Assembly (NCBI GenBank): GCA_026936335.1
Contig: JAPMXV010000008.1
Span: 124,001-188,000, forward strand
From: Mantamonas sphyraenae STR306
Taxonomy: Eukaryota > Protista > CRuMs
DNA: 64,000 bases
Direction: 5' to 3'
Under the pieces are notes generated by a model, which did no database searches, was not told the origin of the DNA, and was given only the letters and a program-made list of their open reading frames with translations. Below are positions 36,052 to 45,947 of this stretch, one piece after another (position 1 is the first letter of the stretch; each line of letters begins with the position of its first letter). A program made the position numbers and the translations under genes.

Positions 36052-36190
36052 GAGAGATGAAATCCACATTCTGCGTTTGTCGCACATTCCAAACTTGCGA
36101 CGAGACAGCGGCGGGAAGGCGAGCTGAGAGAGATGAAATCTACATTCTGCGTTTGTCGCACATTCCAAATTTACGACGAGGCAGCGGATG
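36041..36190. repeat. Imperfect 76-bp tandem duplication spanning the convergent SNF5 and RPS6 stop codons
   Basis: aggcgagctgagagagatgaaatcYacattctgcgtttgtcgcacattccaaa...cgacgag.cagcgg begins at 36041 and again at 36117. Confidence 0.9.
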
Positions 36191-37816
36191 CGGCGCGCTT
36201 GGCACGGGCCTTGGCGACGGCCTGGGCACGGCGCTCCTTGGCCTCCTTGACACGCTGGGCCACCAGCTTCTCGTACTCAGCCTTCTGCTTCAGGTTCTTC
36301 TGGTAGCGAGCCTGCTTCTCCAGAATCTGCTTGTTCTTGTGGCGGATGCGGCGCGGCGTAATCAGGCGCTGGATCTTGGGGGCCTTCGTCTTGGGCTTCT
36401 CCTGGCCAGCCTTGAGCGGCAGAGTGCGGCGCACCACATACTGGCGCACATCGTCCTCCTTCGACAGGTTGAACAGCTTGCGGATGTTGTTGGCACGCTT
36501 GGGACCCAGACGGCGCGGCACCTTCTCGTCGGTCAGACCAGGGATCGGGTTGGCTCCCTGCTTCACCACAGACAGAGCCAGCACACCAATCTCCGGGCTC
36601 ACAATGCACCCACGCACAGACTTGCGGCGCATGTAACCGGCGCACGGAGTACGACGCGGGTGGAAGCCCTTCATGCCCGGGCGCATCAGCAGACGCACAC
36701 GGCCGGGAGTCAGCACACCCTGCATCATCGGGAAGCCCTGCTTGTCGTTGCCACCCGTGATGCGGAAGCGGTAGCCTGCGTACTGCTCGCCCAGCAGGTC
36801 GCCCTCAAACTCAGATGCCATCTGACGGTCGTACAGGTTGCGCCTGTGTGTGGGTTCACAGTGTGTCTCTCGGGGTCAGTTTTCGTCCCAGCAACCTCAG
36901 CTCCAAATTTCCTCTCAACACACGCCCTGCTTTTCTCCTCTCTTCTCTCTCTTTCCACTCTGCCACACTGGCTGTTTCCATGCAAGCACCTCTTTGCCAC
37001 ACGGCCACATCCTCTGCCATGTCTTCTCCACCTCTGCAACCCGTGTCTCTACACAAAAAGGCACACACGGGCCCACCGCCTGCCAGCCTGCTCAACATGC
37101 AAGTTTTTCACTTGCCACTCCACCGGCCCTCCACCTTTCCCCGTTGCCCCGTGTCTCAATCCCTCCTCCTGTGGCCCTTTCCATGTCCATCCCATGCTCC
37201 TCCTCTCCCTCTCTTCCTCCTTCCCTTCCACCCTGCCTCTGTGTGTGCCTCCCTCTGGGCCTCGTGCCAAATTTCCTCCTGCCCACACGTCACTTCAGGC
37301 CCTCTCCACGCCTCCACACAACCCTCTGCGTCTTCCCACCCACTCCACATCCTGTGGTCCTCCCATTCACAGCGTCTGCGCCGTGTGTGTGTGTCTGGCA
37401 TGTCCTCCTGCCTGTGCTGCACCGCCGCAAACGACTCGCTCGCGTCGCATGCAAGCTCCGCCAGCAAGCCCTTTGTTGCCTGCCCACACCTGCTGTACAC
37501 ACACACACACACACACACACGCGCTCTGTGCATGCACATCCCTCTCACGCTTCCTCTCCACATCTCCCTGCAACATACACCAGCTTCTCCTCGTCGATTT
37601 CGATCAGCTTGTTCGTGCCGTTGGCGGGGTAGCTGATGTTGAACTGCAGCAGCAAAATTGGGACACCCCACAGCGTCAGCCACACGCACACACAGAAACC
37701 AGGGACATGGGACACGCATCCTCCCACGCATGGCCAGGGTCGTGACGTAACTCTGTGCTCGTGCTTACCTTCATGATGTGTTTCCGATGGCCAAGTGCGC
37801 GCGAACGCCACCGCAA
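36167..37816. repeat. Direct repeat copy B of the RPS6 gene
   Basis: Offset ~10,162 bp from copy A. Confidence 0.95.
36171..37774 (-). CDS. RPS6: 40S ribosomal protein S6 (eS6), copy 2 (same exon structure, identical protein)
   Basis: Translation identical to copy 1; only a few synonymous and intronic differences. Confidence 0.97.
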
Positions 37817-37983
37817 GAGCGAACCATCACAGCAACTGCCATCACAGGCATTCAACAACATGCTGGTGTCAGAGTGTCAGTGTAGTGACGGACAGGAATA
37901 TAGGAGCGAGCTCTGGGGCAGCATCGTGTGGGTTTTTCTTGTTGAGGTGAACAAACTCCCCGTGTGTCTCGATCTGGATCACA

Positions 37984-39553
37984 TCAACCTTCCAGGTCAA
38001 CGCTGATGTCGGTGATCTTGACACTGAGCATGTCGCCATCCTGGAGATCCATGTCGGCCAGCGTGCGGTCGCCGTTGGACTCGATGGACAGAGTGCGCGT
38101 CGGGAAACGAGCAATGAGGTGCACCTCTTGCCCAAACACGGCTTGTTCTTCATCTGCTTGGCTGCTGAGATGCAATTCAACGACAGCCACGACGTCTGCA
38201 ACGCGCTCGGACGAGGCAAAGCGTTCGCTGACGCGTTCGCCCGATGGCATGGCAAAGGTGAGGTCCATGGCCCCGTCTTCACCCTCCCCGGGTGCCGTCC
38301 TCTGTGCAGCAAGCTCGATGCGACGCGTGCGCTCAGCCAGGAACGACTCCTCGGCGCTGAGGAGCTTGGCCTCGACTTCGGCCTGCGCACGCTCCTCCTC
38401 CTCACGTTCCAAACGCTTTGCACGATCGGCAGCCAGTGACTCTTCGTACTCCCGGTCTTGCTCTGTGCGCACCTGCACGGCGGTGCCATCAGCGACCTGC
38501 ATCAGCGCCTCTCGCTCCAACATTGGCGCGTACGTCTCCACCAGGGAGAAGAGGGTGCCGAGCATTTCGTCGACTGTGCGCAAGCTGTACATGACGTCGA
38601 CCACACTCATGATGGAGCCCGAAAACATGACGGTGATCGCATAGGGGAGGTTGATCCTGTGCCGTGCGGCTGCCTCGCTGCTCATCGACCCCGCCCACAA
38701 CAGAAAGTTTTGGTCCATCGTGTCGATGACCGCTTGGTTCTGTAACACTGAGGTGGCAAAGACCGTGCTGTCTTGGTCGTCTGTGCCGTGCACGTAGAAC
38801 ATGAGCATTTTCGCCTCGTCTTTGGCCTGCCGTACGGCCTGATGGCGTCCACACAGCAGCATGGACGGGTGGTTGTCTCCAAACAGTGATTGGAACCAGG
38901 CCAAGAATTGTTCGCCGTATTCCACATCTGCCAGCACCGTGAGGAGCTGTTCCTGAGAAGGAACTCCGGAAATGCTGGAGGCGCCCGCCGACGACGACGA
39001 TGCGCTCATGCGATTCCTCTGCTGCTGCTGCTGCTGTTGCATTTGAGCACGGCGCATTTCCTGCTCCACGCGACGTTGTTCCTGTTGCTGCCGCAGCTCC
39101 TCGAGGCGAAGCTGTTCCGCTGCTGCGGCTGCAGCTTCCGCCTTCCGCTGCTCTGCAAGGGTGTCAAGGTCGTTGACGACGTCGGGCACGTCGCTCGGTT
39201 CACGCAGTAGTTCGCGCGAACCCAGCATTTTGATGCGTGCACCGTCTGTGAAACCGAGCTCGGCCAAGAGTTTGTTCTGGACGGAACGCAAACACCGGCG
39301 TACGCACGCGGACATAATAACAGTCAGTTTGGAAGGAGGCGGTGGGCAATGGCAGCTGAAAGGAGTGTGAGACACAACGTACATCGTCGTTCTTGCCGAT
39401 GCGAGGCTTGCCGGCAAACTTTTGGACAGCCGGAAGGACGCCAGTGGCGTCGTAGAGCTTTGTGCGAAGGTCTGCAACGGTGTCTGCGTCGAGGTTGAGC
39501 TCGACAGGGTAGGGTGACTTGTGCCAAGTGACGGTGATAGTGGCCTGCGACAT
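37984..39553 (-). CDS. UBL-UAS-UBX p97/Cdc48 adaptor (FAF-like; intron ~39379-39280)
   Basis: N-terminal UBL (TITVTWHKSPY...TVADLRTKLYDATGVLPAVQK). UAS (AKDEAKMLMFYVH...VIDTMDQNFLLWAG). Coiled coil EQDREYEESLAADR. UBX with ERF...FPTR...TLADMDL. Confidence 0.85.
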
Positions 39554-39629
39554 GGGAGACAAGGTGAATTTTGTTGGTGGTGTTTCTTCCGCCCCACTTC
39601 GCCAGCCACGGGATTTCTGTTTGTGCTGG

Positions 39630-40193
39630 ATGACATCGCGCAGATCGAGAGGCTTCTCTCTAAGCCTGGGCCTGGGCAAGTCTTCGTCAGGCACAGAGGG
39701 CGGGCGCCAACGCTCGGGCTCGTGGTTTGCCAAACGCAAGAGCGGAGACAACTTTGCTCAGCTTGACGAGGAGGAGGAGCAATCCGGGGAGAAACACAAG
39801 CAAGCGGATGGTGAAGAAGTGCCGTTTGTGGTCACATGCAAGATCAATCCATCGCGCACACAAGACATGTGGAACCACGAGGCACAGCTCTTTCTGAAAC
39901 CAAGCGGCATTTTCGTGTCAAGCACGGTGGATGCGTCGCAGTGCCTCGTACTGTACACATGGTCAGGCATCAAGTCGTGGCGCAGCAAGGAATCCGCCTT
40001 TGACCTGCAATGGGCGCCCAAGGACGACACAGACGCGGGCGGTTTGGTTCGATTTGAAACGGACGAAGCGCTGCGCATCAACGACGCCGTCAACGAATAC
40101 GTCAAGGTGCACGTCGACGAAATCAAAGCGGCTCAAGCGGACGAATTGCCCAAAGAGGAGCACGAAAAGAGGGTGTACGTGTGGAACGAATGA
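39630..40193 (+). CDS. Small PH/PTB-like fold protein
   Basis: Clean ORF with QLFLKPSGIFV...LYTWSGIKSWRS...RFETDEALRINDAVNEYV, typical of an IRS-PTB/FERM-C-like fold. Confidence 0.55.
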   Translation: MTSRRSRGFSLSLGLGKSSSGTEGGRQRSGSWFAKRKSGDNFAQLDEEEEQSGEKHKQADGEEVPFVVTCKINPSRTQDMWNHEAQLFLKPSGIFVSSTVDASQCLVLYTWSGIKSWRSKESAFDLQWAPKDDTDAGGLVRFETDEALRINDAVNEYVKVHVDEIKAAQADELPKEEHEKRVYVWNE

Positions 40194-40255
40194 ACAGTGA
40201 ACAGCGCTGTGTTGATTTACGGCACACGTGTGCCGCGCAATAGGACGAGTCTCGC

Positions 40256-40947
40256 TTATTCCTTGAGATCCTCGGGCGATGGGACGTCGAGTTCGCGGAT
40301 GATGGGAGCAAGCAGGTCTTCGAGCTCGCCGTTCTCGTGCATCTCCTTGACAATGTCAAAGCCCCCCACAAATTCACCGTCGACATACAGCTGCGGGATG
40401 GTGGGCCATTCCGAATACTCCTTGATGCTCTCACGCACCTCTGGGTCCGCCAGCACGTTGACAGAGCCGTACTGCCTCAGGCCAGCCTGGCGAAGGATCT
40501 GAACCAACCCGCCAGAAAAGCCGCACATGGGCGACTGCGGCGCACCTTTCATAAAGAGCACCACCCTGTGGGACTTGACAATCTATGCATAAAGACCATG
40601 CGCGTGGAAAGAGACCATGTGCATGGACGTTTGCGTCAGTGGGGGGGTGAGACAAACCCGGGAACGGAGCATTCCGCCCAGCGCTCTTTCAAACGTTGCT
40701 GCACACTCGCACGCAGAACCAGGACGGAGTCTGCTCACACAGAGGAACAGCGATGGGAGATTCAAGAAGACAAACACACCTCGTCCAGCTCTTCGCGCAT
40801 CTCATCACTGATTTCCATGCACGAGCGGGTGAGCACCGAGAACGACCGGGACGCCACTGCGGCCGACTCGCTTCCCACAAGAGAAGCAAGGCCAACCCCT
40901 GAGCGTGCAGACACCCCGACCAAAGACATGGACACTTTGCTGAACAT
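40256..40947 (-). CDS. GLRX5: Mitochondrial monothiol glutaredoxin Grx5 (intron ~40779-40583)
   Basis: Ser/Arg-rich transit peptide; [16 protein letters not shown]; [26 protein letters not shown]. Confidence 0.93.
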
Positions 40948-40987
40948 CGTTGAATTTAGTTGGTTGAGTTTGGACCTGTTGTAGCAC

Positions 40988-43652
40988 TCAGAACTCGGAG
41001 ATGATCTTGCTCGGCTTGATGGCCTCAAACTCCACAAAGGTTTTGTAGCGCTTCTCACTCTCAACAAGGCCGGTGATGTACACGGTGGTGTCCATGACAA
41101 GGACATCGCCCACAAAGGTGGTTGAGGACCCCTCGCGTGTGAGCGGGGTCTGGTCGACGCCCGCCTGGGCAATGACGTCCTTGACACCCGGGATGTCGAC
41201 CTTGAAGCGTGTGGTTTCGCCGACGACAATGCGTGCGTTCTTGGGCTGGTGCACGTAGCCTCGGAAGATGGAGTAGGCCAGCGGAAAAGGCACAACCTCG
41301 TAGGGCGAGCCCTTTGCCTGCACCTCGATGCTGCCGATGTCCTGCTTGTCCGCCAGGAGCTGCAAACGATACGTGCCTGGCTCGGGAAACACCATTTCCA
41401 CAATCATCAGGCCGTTGCGGTGGCCCACGAGGGTGTGTTGCTCTTTCGGCGCCGTCTCCTTGCGCAGGAACAGGTTTGCACGAATGTGGACGTCGTCGGG
41501 CACCTCGAAGCTCATCTCCAGGTGCCCTTCGTTGCATACAATGGGCTCGCTGGTGTGCGAGACCGGCCGAATCCGCAGCGGCGTGTCAAACGTGATCGAC
41601 ACTTGCTTCCCTTCCTCTTCAATCAGCTGCAGGATGTTGTTCACGTCCACGTCCGGGTGCTTCTGGATTGTGTTGATCTCCACGTACTGCGTGGCAAAGT
41701 CCAGGATGGTCACCCAGTCGTGCATGCTGTGGCTGCTCAACCCGCAGCCGACCATCGTAAACCGCTGGTCCAGCAAATTGAGCCGGTTCGTGCGCTGTCG
41801 AATGCCGTCGTCCAGAAAGAGCTTGAGCACAACCAGCCGTGGTGCGTTGATGCCCATGCATTCCGACTCGGAACAGCCCATCCACCCCGTTGTGAATTTG
41901 CCGTACTTGCGCGCCCTGTTTACAGGCTTGCTGTCGTTCAGTCCCACGTAGCCCCCTGCGCCACGTCGTCCCAGATCGTGTGCGTGATCCCTTGCCGCAA
42001 GTGACAACCCACGGCTGTACTTGAGCGGATGCAGACCCCGTGTGTCCCGCAGCACTGCACACGCCTCTTCCACCAGCTCTTTGCCTTCCTTCACCGGCAC
42101 CAATCTGCACATGAGTGAGTGAGTGAGTGAGTGAGTGAGTGAGTGAGTGAGTGAGTGAGTGAGTCAGTGAGTGAGTGAGTCAGTGAGTGAGTGAGTCAGT
42201 GAGTGAGTGAGTGAGTGTGTGTGTGTGTGTGTGTCGTCTTCTCCGTCAATGGCTGTTTCCTCCTGCAAACCTACCGTGACACGTATTGCGCCTCCGTCTC
42301 CTCTTCGTCTGCGTCCAGCTTCACCACTGTGTGGCTCTGCGCCTGTTCATGGTGGTAATGTGCCAACAAGCTGTTGTGCTGCAAAGCATGACCGCTGCTG
42401 CTGCTGCTGCTGCTGCTCTTGCCTCCCTGCCCATCACTCTCTTCACCGCTGTTGCTCGCAGAATCACCGTTCCCATCGCCTCCCTGTTCCTCGTGTTGGT
42501 CGTGTGTCTCATATTCGTCCTTGTGCTGCTGCACCTTGGCCTTGCCGTGAGCCTTGGCCTTGCCTTTGCCACTGCGTTTGGGTGTTTTGGGCGTGCCAAA
42601 GTGGCTCGGGTGCAGCACGTCAAAGTACACCTCCTCGATCCATTCGGCGTAGCGGCGCGGTTTGGTGCGCAAATAATTGATCTCTTGGACGATGGCCAAC
42701 TCAAAATCCAGGAAATCGGCCAGATTGAACGGGGTGCGGCCGGGGGGAAATTCGTTGTTGGCCGGCTTGGGATTGTTCACCTTTTTCTGCTTGTGAACCT
42801 TGCCATACACAGAATACAGCGCCGAAGAGGGCGAAGTGTCGTTGCCCAGTGGAGAGCGTGGTGAGCGTAGCGTGGTGCCTCCGCTGCTGCTGCTACTGGC
42901 CCCGTACGCGTCTCGACCGTTGTTGCCGTTGCCGTTTGTGTTGACGGTAAGGCCCTCCAGCAGCTTGGGGCCCTTGCCCCGCTTGCGGTTGGCAAACGAA
43001 TAGCGCGCATTCTTCTTTTCCTCTTCCTTCTGCTTGAGCTGATCCTTCAGATACGCCTGGATCTGCGGCAACGGCACCGTTTTGTTGAACCGGTCTCGAT
43101 TGAGGCCCGTTCTGCCCTTGTTCGACACCTCCTCCACGTCCTCCTCGTCCTCAATCAGGATTCCGCTCAGTCGGCCCTTGCTGCTGCTGCTTCTCAGACC
43201 GCCCGAGTGTGGCGAACGCACAGGCGAGAGTGAGGGCGAGCTGTGTACGCTTCCGTGAGTGTCGGCCAGGTGGGCCGTCGCCTCGGCCGCCGAATAGGGG
43301 CCCGCATGCTTCTTGCGTGTCTTGCCATGCTTCCGCGGCGTCTTGGACTTGGATGTCGTCGATGAGGGCGTGTCTGTGCGAGATGCACGTCCGCTCTTTT
43401 GTGGTGTGGAAGGCGTCGAGGGCGTCGAAGGTGTGCCGCCGCTGCTGCCGCCGCTTTGCCCTTTGCCTTTCGCGGAGACGACAACCCGCTGGCAATCGTA
43501 CCCACTGCATACGACTTTACCTTGAGCCTGCGACGAGCCTGTTGCACACGCTGCTCGCTCTCTCGCTGTGCCAGCTTCTGGATGCGTTCATTGTAGAAGA
43601 CGACGCCATCCACCACAACTTCGTCCTGCTCGGCGGCGTCCAGCGTCGACAT
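40988..43652 (-). CDS. Cytosolic protein: disordered basic N-terminus, CAP/SCP domain and KY/hillarin-like Ig domains (intron ~42273-42105; apparent frameshift at ~43455)
   Basis: ELAIVQEINYLRTKPRRYA...EGKELVEEAC..L...GLSLAARDHAHD...LKLFLDDGIRQRTNRLNLL..RFTMVGCG. C-terminal PVSH...MVFPEPGTYRLQLLA...VPFP. Confidence 0.7.
42112..42233. repeat. Intronic compound microsatellite: (GAGT)n with occasional CAGT, followed by (GT)n
   Basis: Read directly from the sequence. Confidence 0.95.
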
Positions 43653-43733
43653 TTGGAGGCTTCGTTTTGCCCCCCACCACGCGCCTGCTGAAGAAGACAA
43701 TCATCTGGAGGAGGAGGATGGCAGAGAGACTGC

Positions 43734-45113
43734 TCACGACGCAATCTTGGATATCCATTCGTATGGGAGGGTGACCAGGGTCTCACGTGGCATGCGTTCG
43801 ATGCTCACGTCGGCCTTGAACTCGTCGACACGAAAGTCCAGCACCACTGCCGTCTGGCCGCGGTAGGGGCCATTGAGCACAAGCACACGCCCTCCTTTGG
43901 AAGGCAACACCGTCTCCAGATGGGATTGGTCCAACCTCAACACGTCTCCACTCTTCTTCATGCGCACCTCGGCCACGTAGTCGGACACCAGCTTCACCAC
44001 GGTGCCCTTCTTGTTGTAGTACTTCCCATCGGCCAACTCCTGGTTGGTCACCCGCACCTGTATACCACTGGCCACCCAATTGTCGCTTGTGTTCAGTCGT
44101 TCCTTCTTGGCCATGTCCTGCTGCACAATCTCCTCCAGTGCGCTCAGCTTCCGCTTCGTCCCTTTGTTGCCTCCCTGTGTGTTTGATGTCGACGTGCTCG
44201 TCGTGGTCGTGCTGCCATTGCTGCTGCTGCTACTGCTGCTACTGTTGCTGCTACTGCTGCTGCTGCCGTTCGTGTTGCTGTTGCGGTTGCTGGCGGCCTG
44301 GGCAAACACGTTGCGCTTGCCTTTGCTCACGCTGCTTCCACTGCTTCCACTGCTTCCACTGCTGCTACTGCCTGCTTCCCCACCGCCGAGGCTCATCGAA
44401 ATGTTCAATGGCTCGTCCAACGACACCTCCTGGGCCACAACCTTCTGCAGTTCCTCACCTTCCTCACCCTCGAGCTGCTGCCGGGCGCGCTCGATCTGTT
44501 GTTGCAGCAACCTGCGTTCCCTCAGCTCGTCTCCAACTGCCATCTTCTTCTTCTCCGCCTGGTGTTGCATGTGAGTGAGCAAGTGTGAGTGTGACATGTT
44601 TCTGCGTGGCACTGTTCCGTCGCGCACCGCAGCCACCACAGCCAAGGAACCTACCGCGCGTCGCAGTGCTTCCGGGTCGCGGTCGATGTATCGGATGAAC
44701 CAGCCCTTTTCCGTCTCCTCCACCACACACTGTCCGCTCTTGCCCAGATACTTTACAAACGAGCTCAGTGTGTGCCATTTGGTTGCATTCATGTGAACGT
44801 GTGTCCGATGTGCCACCACCTCGTTGTACACCGTGTTCGCGTTCACTCGTGCGTTCCGGTACCGCGTCGACACAATGCTCATGTACTCCTTTTCAAACTC
44901 CGACGAAAAGTCGTCCAGGAACTGTCCTGCGTTTTCCGAGAACAGCGACATCTGCCGCAGATGCGACTCGCTCTGCAGGTGGCACTTGAACCCGTTTGCG
45001 TCGCGGCACTGCTTCTGACACATCTGGCAGTAGAATTTGAGCTTCAACAGTCCTTTGGCCTTGATTTTCTTGCCAATGGCCTTGGCTGTCATTGTGCCGC
45101 CGCTCTTGCCCAT
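43734..45113 (-). CDS. KIN: KIN17 DNA/RNA-binding protein (intron ~44652-44570)
   Basis: KAKGLLKLKFYCQMCQKQCRDANGFKCHLQSESHLRQM, HVHMNATKW and C-terminal KOW/SH3-like domains (LDQSHLETVLP). Confidence 0.95.
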   Translation of the reverse strand: MGKSGGTMTAKAIGKKIKAKGLLKLKFYCQMCQKQCRDANGFKCHLQSESHLRQMSLFSENAGQFLDDFSSEFEKEYMSIVSTRYRNARVNANTVYNEVVAHRTHVHMNATKWHTLSSFVKYLGKSGQCVVEETEKGWFIRYIDRDPEALRRAVGSLAVVAAVRDGTVPRRNMSHSHLLTHMQHQAEKKKMAVGDELRERRLLQQQIERARQQLEGEEGEELQKVVAQEVSLDEPLNISMSLGGGEAGSSSSGSSGSSGSSVSKGKRNVFAQAASNRNSNTNGSSSSSSNSSSSSSSSNGSTTTTSTSTSNTQGGNKGTKRKLSALEEIVQQDMAKKERLNTSDNWVASGIQVRVTNQELADGKYYNKKGTVVKLVSDYVAEVRMKKSGDVLRLDQSHLETVLPSKGGRVLVLNGPYRGQTAVVLDFRVDEFKADVSIERMPRETLVTLPYEWISKIAS

Positions 45114-45182
45114 AGTTGATGCACAGCAAGATGCGCCTACCCACAAAAAAAGTTTGGCCGTCAAGCGCAGCCGGAAACCCGT

Positions 45183-45789
45183 CTATTCACTCTTCCCCAG
45201 CTCTCCCGTGATGCCTTCCAACAGCTCCTTGCTGTCTTCTTCCGAAAGCTTGCCCGGGTTCCATCGGTAGCCTGCGCCGTCGCCCTCGACGCGCGGAATG
45301 ATGTGAAAGTGGACGTGGAACACAGCCTGACCTGCAACCTCGCCATTGTTCTGCGTGACGAGGGTGAGCAGCGGCCAGCGGGTGGAACACGCAGTGGTTA
45401 AACGCATGGCATCGGTGAGCGGCAGTGTGAGCGTGTGATTGGGCCTGTGCGGGGGAGCTCTGCAATCCAACACGCTTTCCCCTCTCTTCCGTTTCCCTCC
45501 TGCAAGCACATGGACGCACAAACGCACCTGCAGCAAGTTCCAGTGCTTGACGCCCGTAGTCTTGAGCACCGCCTTGGCAATGGTGGGCACGTTGGACATG
45601 ACCTTGCCCACCGTCTCGCCGTCCAGCTCGTCAAGCTGGGCTGCGCACTTTTTCGGGATCACCAGCGTGTGACCCTTGGCGATTGGGTTGATGTCCAGGA
45701 ACGCGTACGTGTCCTCGTCCTCGTACACCTTGTACGACGGGATGTCTCCGTTGATGATCTTGCAGAAGATGCAGTCGCTCGAGCTCATG
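45183..45789 (-). CDS. HINT: HIT-family (HINT) nucleotide hydrolase (intron ~45527-45353; in-frame upstream ATG at 45890)
   Basis: DCIFCKII.GDIPSYKVYEDE...FLDINPIAKGHTLVIPK and NNGEVAGQAVFHVHFHIIPR. Confidence 0.93.
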
Positions 45790-45947
45790 GTGGCGTGTTG
45801 GCAGCCCCTGGGCACCTGCCCTGCACGCAACACAACACCCACTGTTCGACTGTCGGCAACATGAAAGTGACGACGTACCCGAGAAAACATGGGACCGGGT
45901 GGCGACAGGTGTGAATGAGACTTGGTCGCGATGTCGCTTCATTTTCG

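Noticed and set aside
26005-37816. Long direct repeats as LTRs or composite-transposon ends
   Set aside because: The repeats are complete RPS6 genes. There are no TG..CA ends, target-site duplication, transposase, gag or pol, and the interior holds housekeeping genes.
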